A stretch of DNA of 38,352 nt from Candidatus Heimdallarchaeota archaeon (GCA_021399345.1 JAAFKI010000008.1:1-38352); one strand, 5' to 3'; positions 6,792-16,040 are shown, counted from the stretch's first letter. Translations and numbers: made by a program. Notes: generated by a model not told the origin, from the sequence alone.

Positions 6792-8526
6792 GAATATAAT
6801 TCATCTTTACTTTATCTGTTATCTTATTAACTTTTGTATACCCAAAGCGCTCAAGCTGAATAATCTCACCAATATCCAGATTTTTCAATTCTTTTTCCCC
6901 ATATCCATAGATATGTTTCAAGCTATCTTTGTTTATACGATTATTTAAATATAACATTTCTGGCTTTACAATCTCAACAGAAACTGGTTCTGAAACCCAT
7001 TGAACACGTGGAACTTCAACCATTAAATTATCACTACAAATCTCCGCTTTAAATTCTGAATTTGAAATTTTTTCTGTAATTTTTATGTTGTAAAGATCTT
7101 TCATTCTAACAATAGCATCAATATGTAGAATATTCAAGTCCAATCTACTTAGATAGAGGGTATCTTCAACAGATACCTTTCTTGTTCCCATCTCCTTATT
7201 TTTTGGATGTAAGTTAATTTCTATTGTTTGTGATTTTGGGTTTGTTAAATGTACAGTAACTGGATTATCTACAAAGAAGAAATGCTTCGAATTTGGTTCG
7301 ATTATTTTTCGATTAATAGAAGAAATTAACGACCAGTCTATGCTTGTAGTTGATTTTGTTGCTCCCACTCTTCTTATTATCTCTACGAAGGTTTCTGGTT
7401 GAATTCCTCTTCTTTTGAGAGCTTGATATGTAACTAACCTATAATCATCCCATCCTGTAACTATCTTCTGTTCAACTAAATCTCTGATAATTCTTCCTTG
7501 AGTTGGTGCCCCTATAACATTAAATCTCGCATACTCCAGAAAATTAGGTATTTTCAAACTGAGTTTTGTTGATATTAATCTTTGAAGCTCTTCTCTCATT
7601 TTACCAAATTCTATACTTCGTAAGATATGAGTGACACCAGTAAAGTCTTCCATTATTGGTGATTCAAAATCATACATAGGCCAAAGATTGTACTTATCTC
7701 CTTGGATACAATGAGTATGATTAGATATTCTTAATAAAACAGGATCCCTCAGGACTGCATTCTTTGAGGACATGTCTCCCCTTAATCTAACTACAGCATC
7801 TCCTGGTTTAAAATATCCTTCAAGTATTTTCTCGAATAATTCTAGATTTTGTTCTGTTGAATTGTTTAAATTACAGGAACAAGGCTTCTCCTCCGCTCTT
7901 AATTTTGCCATTGTTTCTCTATCGCATGTACAAATAAACGCTTCATTTTTTTTGATTAATTCTTTTGCTTTTTCATAATATAATTCCATGTGGTCAGATG
8001 CTAGAACTTCATCTTCAATTTTCAAATTCATCCATTGAATAACTTCTCTGAAACTATCATAGAATTCTGCCTGAACTTTCTCTGGATTTGTATCATCAAA
8101 ACGTAAAACTCTCTTACCTTCATATCTTTCAGCTATTAAATGATTAATGCAGAAGGACAGCATTTGTCCCAAATGAGGGTGCTTAGATGGTTCAGGAGGA
8201 TATCTAACTGTCACCTCACCCTTGATAGCATTGACTATTTCAGGAAGATAATCTCTCTCTTTTTTCTCCTCTATTATGCTATCTGGATACTTCTTTTCTA
8301 CAATCTCTCTCAACTTATCCGTGGGGATTTCATTAACTTCTGCGATGGTTTTATCCAAAAGTAGTTGAATTTCCTTAGCTTTACTTCTGAGATCAGGATA
8401 GTTTGCCATTATTTTTCTTAAAACAATTTTTTTCTCAGCTGAGCCGTATTTATAAGCATTAACAATGGATTCTTTGTAGATAATATCTTCAGCATTGTTC
8501 ATGTTGTATTTCACTAAAATTCTCAC
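6784..8526 (-). CDS. gltX: Glutamate--tRNA ligase (archaeal type); start probably ATG at 8502
   Basis: RYPPEPS..HLGQ (HIGH-like), LRFDDTNP, RDPVLLR, WPMYDF, THILRS.EF, GWDD.RL.T, QLERFGY. Confidence 0.93.
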   Translation of the reverse strand: MRILVKYNMNNAEDIIYKESIVNAYKYGSAEKKIVLRKIMANYPDLRSKAKEIQLLLDKTIAEVNEIPTDKLREIVEKKYPDSIIEEKKERDYLPEIVNAIKGEVTVRYPPEPSKHPHLGQMLSFCINHLIAERYEGKRVLRFDDTNPEKVQAEFYDSFREVIQWMNLKIEDEVLASDHMELYYEKAKELIKKNEAFICTCDRETMAKLRAEEKPCSCNLNNSTEQNLELFEKILEGYFKPGDAVVRLRGDMSSKNAVLRDPVLLRISNHTHCIQGDKYNLWPMYDFESPIMEDFTGVTHILRSIEFGKMREELQRLISTKLSLKIPNFLEYARFNVIGAPTQGRIIRDLVEQKIVTGWDDYRLVTYQALKRRGIQPETFVEIIRRVGATKSTTSIDWSLISSINRKIIEPNSKHFFFVDNPVTVHLTNPKSQTIEINLHPKNKEMGTRKVSVEDTLYLSRLDLNILHIDAIVRMKDLYNIKITEKISNSEFKAEICSDNLMVEVPRVQWVSEPVSVEIVKPEMLYLNNRINKDSLKHIYGYGEKELKNLDIGEIIQLERFGYTKVNKITDKVKMNYIHG

Positions 8527-8593
8527 TTTAAATACTTGATTGTTAATAATAAAAACTCAAACAAATTGATAGAGAATTCAAGTCAGAGTAATC

Positions 8594-8920
8594 TTATGAT
8601 AAGACTTGTGGTGAATAATTTATCAATTGCTCTTGTTGTAGTAGTTTCTCATTCTCTACAAGTTCTAGTATTCTTGGAACAGTTTTTTTGATAAGTACTT
8701 GATGTTTATCCATCTGTATCTTGGAGCAGAGTAATCCTTTGTTACAAGAACCTTTTCCAAAGTATGCCACTTTCTTAGTATCATAGAAGAGAGATCCTCC
8801 TTTTGACGGACAATTGCAGACTTCTAAGAATAGTGGAGAATCTGTATATCCATTACTAGTTTTTATCCTTGTAATAGCTTTTTCGAGCTTGTAGCTGAGA
8901 AATGTATCCTTAGTCCCCAT
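8594..8920 (-). CDS. Hypothetical protein with four Cys (possible metal binding)
   Basis: ATG start, TATA-like TTAATATATAA upstream on the minus strand, CNC...C...C. Confidence 0.6.
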   Translation of the reverse strand: MGTKDTFLSYKLEKAITRIKTSNGYTDSPLFLEVCNCPSKGGSLFYDTKKVAYFGKGSCNKGLLCSKIQMDKHQVLIKKTVPRILELVENEKLLQQEQLINYSPQVLS

Positions 8921-8965
8921 TTTAACTCAAAGAAAAATACTGATTATATATTAAGTAGTGTTGTA

Positions 8966-9011
8966 ATATCCGGAAATTATACGGGCCATGTCACAGATAA
9001 ATTCCAGATAT
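8966..9011. promoter_or_regulatory. Inverted repeat in a divergent promoter region (candidate operator)
   Basis: ATATCCGGAAATTAT (8966-8980) and ATAAATTCCAGATAT (8997-9011) are 13/15 complementary with a 16-nt spacer. Confidence 0.45.
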
Positions 9012-9081
9012 CATCTAGTTATTTCATTTAGAGGAAAAATATTAAAAACACAGCCATAATTACAAGCTTGAGGAACTGAAA

Positions 9082-9780
9082 GTGTGGATTGCAAAAATCT
9101 CTGGTATAACTAACAATGACACAGCTTCATCAGTCGATGTATCGTCTTATTTTGCTATAGGTGCAATAATTGATGATATCAATATTGATGAAATCAGATC
9201 TGTAAGTAAATTTGACGCTCGAAGAATATTCGCAAACATTGAAAAATGCACAACTATTGCAGAAATAGTTCCTTCTTCTCTTGACGATATCTTTGAAACT
9301 CTAGATATCTGTCAACCTAATACAATACAAGTAAATGGAGATTTCTTTAACGATGTGAATAATCTCATTGCGGTTCAATCAACTGCTACAATACCAATTA
9401 TTGGCTCGATATTATTAGATAGAGAGACATATGAATCAAACATACTTGATCCAGATCCAGTTAAAGCAGCACAAATACTAGACCCCTATGTGCAAATCAT
9501 AAGTATTAACGTCCCATTAGGACAAAGCTGGAGAAGTAAAGAACCAAAAACTAAGTTGATTGAAATAATAGCCAATATTCAGAAAGCAATATCAAAACCT
9601 CTTGTTATTGGAGGGGGTCTAACAATTGATAATATCGGGGAAATAATCTCTACCGTAAAACCCAATGCCGTGGATGTATCCTCAGGTGTTGAAAAACATA
9701 GTGGCATTAAAAATCCTGAATTGATGCAAGAGTTTCTGCAAGAAGTTTACGACCACAAAGATCTTTTGCCAGGTGTGTAA
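9082..9780 (+). CDS. TrpF (phosphoribosylanthranilate isomerase)-like TIM-barrel protein with altered catalytic residues
   Basis: KISGIT (canonical KICGIT), GGGLT..N, AVDVSSGVE...GIKN. Confidence 0.8.
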   Translation: MWIAKISGITNNDTASSVDVSSYFAIGAIIDDINIDEIRSVSKFDARRIFANIEKCTTIAEIVPSSLDDIFETLDICQPNTIQVNGDFFNDVNNLIAVQSTATIPIIGSILLDRETYESNILDPDPVKAAQILDPYVQIISINVPLGQSWRSKEPKTKLIEIIANIQKAISKPLVIGGGLTIDNIGEIISTVKPNAVDVSSGVEKHSGIKNPELMQEFLQEVYDHKDLLPGV

Positions 9781-9784
9781 CATA

Positions 9785-10495
9785 TCAAAAAAGTGATTTA
9801 AAGTATAACCATATCACTTTCTTTGAGATTTTTGATTCTCCAGAATGTCTTGTACCAAAAGTATAGTCTACATGCCCAACCTTTAACTTTGAAGGATACA
9901 ATTTTAAGAAATCAAAAAGCACTTTATATCCTTCTAAAATGAACTTCTTTTTCTTCTTTTTTAGAAATTCTTTCCATATTTGTGTTCTAGATGCAAATAA
10001 ACCAGTCATCACATCTTTTACTCTATTTTTGCGTCTAAATATGAGTGCTAAGCTTCCAAGTAATCTTGCTACAAAAGACATTAGTTTTCTATACAGTGAC
10101 CAATTTCCCACAATCTTAATTCTGTTCCCCGCAACTAAATCATATTCCTCTTGAAGAAGTTTAAGAAAATCTGGGATAACTTTAGGAGGATGTTGTAAAT
10201 CTCCATCCATAACCAGAAAATAATCTGTTGAACAAGTAAGAATAGCATCCAAAACGCTAACTGTTAATCCATGCACTTCCTCATCCTTTCTGTCTAGAAA
10301 GAATGTTTCAAGTTTTCCTTCAAAAGCTTCAGTTATTTCTTTTGTTTTATCTATTGATCCATCATCAGCAACAATTACTTTGCAATTTGGAGCATTCTTC
10401 TCAATTATTTCTAGAAGTTCTCCAAGAGATTTTTCTTCATTTAATGTGGGGACGATTACAGTAAGATTACTGAAATCTAGATTTGCCTCAGTCAT
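9785..10495 (-). CDS. GT2 glycosyltransferase, dolichol-phosphate mannosyltransferase (DPM1)-like
   Basis: IVPTLNE, DDGS.D.T, MDGDLQHPP, R..GESK motifs. Confidence 0.88.
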   Translation of the reverse strand: MTEANLDFSNLTVIVPTLNEEKSLGELLEIIEKNAPNCKVIVADDGSIDKTKEITEAFEGKLETFFLDRKDEEVHGLTVSVLDAILTCSTDYFLVMDGDLQHPPKVIPDFLKLLQEEYDLVAGNRIKIVGNWSLYRKLMSFVARLLGSLALIFRRKNRVKDVMTGLFASRTQIWKEFLKKKKKKFILEGYKVLFDFLKLYPSKLKVGHVDYTFGTRHSGESKISKKVIWLYFKSLF

Positions 10496-10634
10496 CTTCT
10501 TTTTTCTTCAATAAAAACTATAAAAACTTTAACGTATCAATGTAGCTGAAACTTACCATTTATTATGAAATATTGTATGAGCACTTTACATATTTAACAA
10601 ACCTCATATAGTTTGCTTTTCTAAATTTATTTGA

Positions 10635-11171
10635 ATGACCGCCTTAACTCCCAATGTTACTTACATCCTAAAGGTAATCAATGCAGGGGATTATGCGGTT
10701 GGTAAAACAAGTTTAGCAGTTCGATATACTCAAAATCGTTTTACATCTTCCTATCTCCCTACTTTAGGAGTAGATTTCTATAGTAAGATGATTACATATG
10801 ATGAAGATACAACATTGCGTTTAGTACTCTTTGATACAGTCGGTCAAGAAAAGCTAGTTACACTTCGTAAACGATACTATACTGGAGCTCATGGAGCTGT
10901 CGTTGTTTTTGATATAACTAGAAAAGAATCTTTTGATCATATAGAAAAGTGGATCAATGAAGTTAAGGAAAAATGCCCCACCATCCCAATCATTATCGTG
11001 GGAAATAAAACAGATTTAGAGGAAGAAAGAGCTGTAGATTTTAAAGAACTGGATAAGAAATGGTCATCTAAAGGTTACACAGTATTAGAATCCTCAGCTA
11101 AATTTGGAGAAGGAGTTAATGATATTTATACTATAATTGCAAAGAAAGTAATGGAGAAAATGGGATTTTAA
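10635..11171 (+). CDS. Rab-like small GTPase
   Basis: G1 GDYAVGKTS, G2 PTLGVDF, G3 DTVGQE, G4 NKTD, G5 SAK. RabF-like YYTGA and VVFDIT. Confidence 0.93.
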   Translation: MTALTPNVTYILKVINAGDYAVGKTSLAVRYTQNRFTSSYLPTLGVDFYSKMITYDEDTTLRLVLFDTVGQEKLVTLRKRYYTGAHGAVVVFDITRKESFDHIEKWINEVKEKCPTIPIIIVGNKTDLEEERAVDFKELDKKWSSKGYTVLESSAKFGEGVNDIYTIIAKKVMEKMGF

Positions 11172-11899
11172 TTTTGTCTCCAAAGTTCAACAGCAATAAT
11201 TTTACCGTTTTCTAGAAACAATCTTGGTACATAATCATCTGCAACAAAAGATCCATCAGGAAGTTGTACTTTTGATTCAGAATCACTTTTCTCAATGTTT
11301 TCAGGAGCAATAAATAGTGAATCCCCAACTAGAATATAATCCCGAATGCTATCCTCCATTGGAGGAAGAACTTCTAATTGTTTGAAAATATTCTCTACAT
11401 CAATTATTTTTGTTTTTACAGCCTTAGTTTCATATCGTCTAGGTTCAGCTTCCTTTTTCTCCTTTGGTTTAGGTTTGGAAGTTTCCTTTTTTACAGGAGC
11501 TTTTTTTGGAGTAGTTTTTGGTTTAGGTTTGGAAGTTTCCTTTTTTACAGGAGCTTTTATTGGAGTAGTTTTTGGTTTTGGTTTTGCTACAGATCCTCCA
11601 GAGGGAGCATTTATTGCCTCATCTATTGCTTCTAAGAAATCATTGTTAGTAGATTCTTCTTCTAAATTAACGATTTTATAGCCTAGTTCCATTCTTAATC
11701 TAGCTGTTTCTCTTGCACAAGCGAACTTGGAATGAGGAGAAGATTGACTACCTAACCATGTGTAAATTTTCTTTTGATTATGAGAAATTACTACCAAAAC
11801 ATTTGAAGAAGCTAGAGCGACTTCTTTATTAGCACACTCTGTCATTTCTCCAGTAGACTGTATAATATATAGAGTCATATTAGATTCGAGTAAAAACAA
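11168..11899 (-). CDS. Gelsolin-domain protein of Asgard 1DGelX-like architecture; start probably ATG at 11878
   Basis: N-terminal gelsolin-like core VLVVISHNQKKIYTWLGSQSS..SKF, a K/P/T-rich linker, and a C-terminal domain RDYILVG...LPDGSF...YVPRLFLENGKIIAVELW. Confidence 0.75.
   Translation of the reverse strand: MFLLESNMTLYIIQSTGEMTECANKEVALASSNVLVVISHNQKKIYTWLGSQSSPHSKFACARETARLRMELGYKIVNLEEESTNNDFLEAIDEAINAPSGGSVAKPKPKTTPIKAPVKKETSKPKPKTTPKKAPVKKETSKPKPKEKKEAEPRRYETKAVKTKIIDVENIFKQLEVLPPMEDSIRDYILVGDSLFIAPENIEKSDSESKVQLPDGSFVADDYVPRLFLENGKIIAVELWRQN
11463..11584. repeat. Intragenic 54-bp tandem repeat, about 2.3 copies (KPKPKTTP[IK]KAPVKKETS)
   Basis: Units start at 11463, 11517 and 11571. 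The two full copies differ by one base. Confidence 0.92.
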
Positions 11900-12152
11900 G
11901 GCTTTATCATTTTTATAGTTAGTGTTTGTTTCAAGCGATTTGTTTAGATTCTATCTTTCTTAAGCTGATTTCTATGTTTTCAGCCATTTCGAATTGTTAA
12001 ACCGAAAATTAGCCGGTTTTTTTTATAATTGCAACAAGAAAAAGTTTCAAAAGAAATATATACGGATTCAATATACGAATAAATGTTAAATAGTCCTTGT
12101 TCAATATAGTGTAGTAGAACAATATATTACAAAAAGTCTTGAGGCTAATAAA

Positions 12153-13016
12153 ATGAGTTCAAAAATAATAGAATCTGTAGCTTATTCTTATATTGGGAGG
12201 TTTATAGAACCATATCTTGCAGAATTTGATGGATTAAAATTAACTTTGCGAAAAGCAGGGGTAGATAAGAGTGTGAGAATGTATCTCAGTGTTAGAATTT
12301 TTTGGGCTATTATTCTTTCTATTGTTTCTCTTGTTGTTCTTATAGCAGTAAAAATTGTTGTAGCTGAATTATCAGTAATACTTGTGATTGTTTTACCAAT
12401 TCTAGTCTTGATAAGCATGTTTGTTTTTACATGGGTATATCCCAGCTATTTAGTTGGGGAAAGAAAAAGTAAATTGGAAGCAGCATTACCAACAGCAGCT
12501 GGCTATATGACAGCTATGGCATCTGCTGGTGTTACTCCTGACCGAATATTTCTATCACTCACTAAAGAAAAGATTGGAGAAGCAATTGTTAAGGATGCAA
12601 GGAAAATATCAAGAGACATACAAGTTTTTGGTTATGATATAGTCCATGCTCTCGAAGAAGCTTCTCTTAGATCTCCTTCAGCGAAATACTCAAGCTTTTT
12701 GGAAGGAATTGTAGGGACTTTTACATCAGGAGGAGAGTTACAAAGATACTTAGAAGTTTCCTCTGAAACTTTAATGAGTGATAAAGTTCAGAGTGAGAAG
12801 AATTTCATTGATACTCTAGGTATAATGGCTGAGTTATTCATGGTTATGGGAGTAGTAGCTCCAATATTCTTCATAGTAATTTTGGCGATGATGTCAATGC
12901 TGGGCGGTTCAGCTGGAAATGCGAATCTGCTAATGGCAGTTATGGTTTATATAATTATACCAGTTTCAGAATTAGTAATCATTGTGCTAATCGATGCACA
13001 ACAACCGGAGATGTAG
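12153..13016 (+). CDS. Type II secretion F / TadC-like pilus platform membrane protein 1
   Basis: LRKAG, YP......RK..LEAALP.A..YM.AMASAG, G.DI..ALE....RSPS, SGGEL..YL. Confidence 0.9.
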   Translation: MSSKIIESVAYSYIGRFIEPYLAEFDGLKLTLRKAGVDKSVRMYLSVRIFWAIILSIVSLVVLIAVKIVVAELSVILVIVLPILVLISMFVFTWVYPSYLVGERKSKLEAALPTAAGYMTAMASAGVTPDRIFLSLTKEKIGEAIVKDARKISRDIQVFGYDIVHALEEASLRSPSAKYSSFLEGIVGTFTSGGELQRYLEVSSETLMSDKVQSEKNFIDTLGIMAELFMVMGVVAPIFFIVILAMMSMLGGSAGNANLLMAVMVYIIIPVSELVIIVLIDAQQPEM

Positions 13017-13024
13017 GTGAAAAA

Positions 13025-13954
13025 ATGGCAATAAGTGACGAAGTTGAAGTTGAAGTAAAAAGGTTTCAAATCACACAAGATTTGATTTATTGGATAATTG
13101 CAGGAGTTGCTGGTGTAATTTTAGTTACATTAGGAATAATAGATGTTCTAGTTCAACGAACTGGTGATGATTTCATCACAATTCTCGATATTAATGATTT
13201 CGTAATTTTAGCAATTATTATTGTAATAGGAATTCCCACATTTCTGATTATTTATAGAGAGGAAAGAAGACAAGCAAGAATTGATGAAAACTTGCCTTAT
13301 CTTCTGAGGGAAATTAGCAATGCTCAGCGTACAGGTATGGCTCTACCAAGGGCAATTCAAGAATCTGCAAAGCGTCAATATGGTCCTCTAACACCTGAAT
13401 TAAGGAAAATGTCCAGCAAAATTTCTTGGGGGATACCTTTTAATCAAGCTATGACTGACTTTCAAGAGTCAGTTAATACTCCTTTAGCACAGAGAGCTAC
13501 TTTATTGATTCTCGAAGCTGAAAGATCGGGAGGAAATCTTGAAGAAATATTTGAAGCAACTGAAAAATATGTACAGACTCTCCTAAATCTCAAAAAGGAA
13601 AGAGAGGGTGCAATGAAGCCATATATCTGGATTGTTTATGCTTCTTTTATAATTTTCATCCTAGTTGTAGTGATTCTATTTCAAACATTCTTTATTCCAT
13701 TCTTTTCAGCAAATATATCTTCAGAACAAACAGCTGGAATGTTTTTAGTGAATATAGATTTGGATATACTTGAAGTTCTCTTCTTGCACATGCTGGCAGT
13801 TCAAGGGTTCTTCTCGGGATTAGTTGCAGGAAAAATGTCTAAAATGTCTGTAAAAGCAGGACTAATGCATTCAGTGGTACTTATGTTCTTAGGTTGGTTT
13901 GCATTCAAGATATTAATACAACCAGATAATCCATTGATATCAATCGGAATATAG
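13025..13954 (+). CDS. Type II secretion F / TadC-like pilus platform membrane protein 2
   Basis: IDENLPYLLREI, YGPLTPEL, ISWGIPF, SGGNL, QGFFSGLVAGKM. Confidence 0.9.
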   Translation: MAISDEVEVEVKRFQITQDLIYWIIAGVAGVILVTLGIIDVLVQRTGDDFITILDINDFVILAIIIVIGIPTFLIIYREERRQARIDENLPYLLREISNAQRTGMALPRAIQESAKRQYGPLTPELRKMSSKISWGIPFNQAMTDFQESVNTPLAQRATLLILEAERSGGNLEEIFEATEKYVQTLLNLKKEREGAMKPYIWIVYASFIIFILVVVILFQTFFIPFFSANISSEQTAGMFLVNIDLDILEVLFLHMLAVQGFFSGLVAGKMSKMSVKAGLMHSVVLMFLGWFAFKILIQPDNPLISIGI

Positions 13955-13974
13955 TAATCGGATGTGATGAAACT

Positions 13975-14403
13975 ATGGGAAAACTTGAAGACGATGTTAA
14001 AAATATTAAGGAACAAGTTGATGAGCTACAGAGATTAACTAATCAAATCAGTTTTAATGTAGTTAGAATTATGGGTACTCTAGAAAAGGGAGTTATTCCT
14101 TCAGCAGATGGAGATTCTGAAGGAATTGTAGGTTCTGTTTCAGTTGATCTCGGTCCTTTGGAAGATAAAATAGAACAACTTGGACAGTCTATATGTACCA
14201 AAGAAGATTTAATTCAAATTAAGGACCAAATCGATAATTTGGTTTCAGATAGAATTCAAAAAGCAGAAGATATGCAAGAAAGAGCCTCTAATCTTCTTGA
14301 CAAAGGTATGGAGTTAGTTGAGTTAGAAGCTACTCTTGCAGAAATCAAATCTCTTCTTGAAGAAAGAATACTGGGCGATGATGCAGAAGATAAAGGGGAA
14401 TAA
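13975..14403 (+). CDS. Acidic coiled-coil protein within the pilus operon
   Basis: Heptad pattern, no TM helix, short spacing to neighbours. Confidence 0.7.
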   Translation: MGKLEDDVKNIKEQVDELQRLTNQISFNVVRIMGTLEKGVIPSADGDSEGIVGSVSVDLGPLEDKIEQLGQSICTKEDLIQIKDQIDNLVSDRIQKAEDMQERASNLLDKGMELVELEATLAEIKSLLEERILGDDAEDKGE

Positions 14404-15568
14404 AGAATTGAAAGAAAAAAATAAGAAGAAAGGTTTGAAAGCATTCCTTAAGGGAAGTAAAGCTCAGATAAGAGGTGTTGATTTTTCACTAGCTCTTCTA
14501 ATCTTTGTTATAGCTTTTAGCCAGGTAATTATTGTTCTTTCAAATTTATTAATTCCTTCATTAGTGCAGATGGAAACCTATTCTCAAGAACAAGAATTGA
14601 ACAAATTATACAGTAATATTTTCTCTTCTGAGGGTAATCCATCTAATTGGGGGACCATTGCTACTGCCTCTTTAACAGATTTTAGACTGGGTCTAATGGG
14701 AGCAAATGGTGATCTCGATTTTACAAAAATAAATAGGTTGACTAACGATATTTCTTCCTATTGGACAATAAACTATCTGAATGTAAAAGTAGCGTACAAC
14801 ATGATCCAAGATTTCGCTGTCAGTATATATTCTCCAATTTCAATTTCCATTAATGACTATACTGCTGCTTTCGGTGAAATCAATCTTTATGGTGAGGTTA
14901 ATGAACATCAAACCCTAATAGAAGGTGCTGAAATTTGGGCTTTTGCTATTGATAATAATAACAATGTGGTCTCAAACTATACAACTACAAAGGATATTTC
15001 TGGTTCTATAAGCTTCAGAGCAACACTAATCGCTCCCGAAACAGATTATTATACAATAGTAGTATTTGCTCAAGTTGGGGAGATTTATCAAGATTATATT
15101 GTTAAAAGATTGGTTAGAGAAAGTAGTGGTCTTGAGTATTACTTTGTTGATTTTGATTTTCGACCTTTTGTTAAAGAAAACACAAACTCACCTGGTTCAG
15201 CAATAGATGTAACTGTTGAACGAAATGTGCTGAGTGATGAGGCTCATGCAATTGTTGTGTTTCCTTTTTCAGATTTAGGGGTAGACCATCATAAGCAGAA
15301 TTTAACTCAAGAAACAACAGCTGAAGGAGATATATATTCAGGAACAGGTATTTCGATAACCACTAATGGATTAGCTGTTGTTGTAGTAAATGAGAGAGCT
15401 GAATCAACATATTCTGCAGGTTACATCGGAATTCCTATGTTTCAAAATTCCATTCATGGTGGAATATTCGCACATTCCTCTTTCCAAGATCAACAAACTT
15501 ACATTTCAAAAACTAAGATGTTTACTATCAGAAATGTACTTCTAAAATGTCAAATTTGGTACTGGTGA
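14336..15568 (+). CDS. Large pilin-like protein with class III signal peptide; real start probably TTG at 14408
   Basis: Basic leader ...KGSKA/QIRGVDFSLALLIFVIAFSQVIIVL; S.G.P.NW motif; GGGGA Shine-Dalgarno-like site before 14408. Confidence 0.8.
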   Translation: MQKSNLFLKKEYWAMMQKIKGNKELKEKNKKKGLKAFLKGSKAQIRGVDFSLALLIFVIAFSQVIIVLSNLLIPSLVQMETYSQEQELNKLYSNIFSSEGNPSNWGTIATASLTDFRLGLMGANGDLDFTKINRLTNDISSYWTINYLNVKVAYNMIQDFAVSIYSPISISINDYTAAFGEINLYGEVNEHQTLIEGAEIWAFAIDNNNNVVSNYTTTKDISGSISFRATLIAPETDYYTIVVFAQVGEIYQDYIVKRLVRESSGLEYYFVDFDFRPFVKENTNSPGSAIDVTVERNVLSDEAHAIVVFPFSDLGVDHHKQNLTQETTAEGDIYSGTGISITTNGLAVVVVNERAESTYSAGYIGIPMFQNSIHGGIFAHSSFQDQQTYISKTKMFTIRNVLLKCQIWYW

Positions 15569-15572
15569 TACA

Positions 15573-16040
15573 ATGAAAAAACTAACAAAGAATAGAAAAG
15601 CACAACTTTTCATCATAGAAGCCTTTATCGCTGTATCTGTTATGATAATCATGGTAACTGCTTTGTATGAAGTTCAAATTGCTACACAACCACCAATAGA
15701 GGCAAATTACCAAGAAGAAGTATATACCGCTCTAAAATCGCTGGATAATCAGAATGTACTTGATGGTTATATTTATTCCGTTCTAAATAGTCAAACAGCA
15801 AACATAACTTACTATAGAACGGTTATTGAGCAAGCAATTTATGGCTCATTACCCGACAATGGTGAATTTAATCTATATTATGAAAACCTGGATACAAGCT
15901 TAGAAATATCAGGGAGTTGGATGAATCAACATCTTACACCTTCTAAGGAAGCTATAGGTATTGATTATATTATCTCAGAAGTGAATGGCGAATTGATTCC
16001 ATGTACCATTCATCTAAAAGTATGGTTAAAAGGTGTTTAA
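15573..16040 (+). CDS. Pilin-like protein (class III signal)
   Basis: MKKLTKNRKA/QLFIIEAFIAVSVMIIMV. Confidence 0.85.
   Translation: MKKLTKNRKAQLFIIEAFIAVSVMIIMVTALYEVQIATQPPIEANYQEEVYTALKSLDNQNVLDGYIYSVLNSQTANITYYRTVIEQAIYGSLPDNGEFNLYYENLDTSLEISGSWMNQHLTPSKEAIGIDYIISEVNGELIPCTIHLKVWLKGV

Noticed and set aside
11463-11584. Possible CRISPR array
   Set aside because: Contiguous in-frame 54-bp units with no spacers, inside a CDS, and no cas genes.
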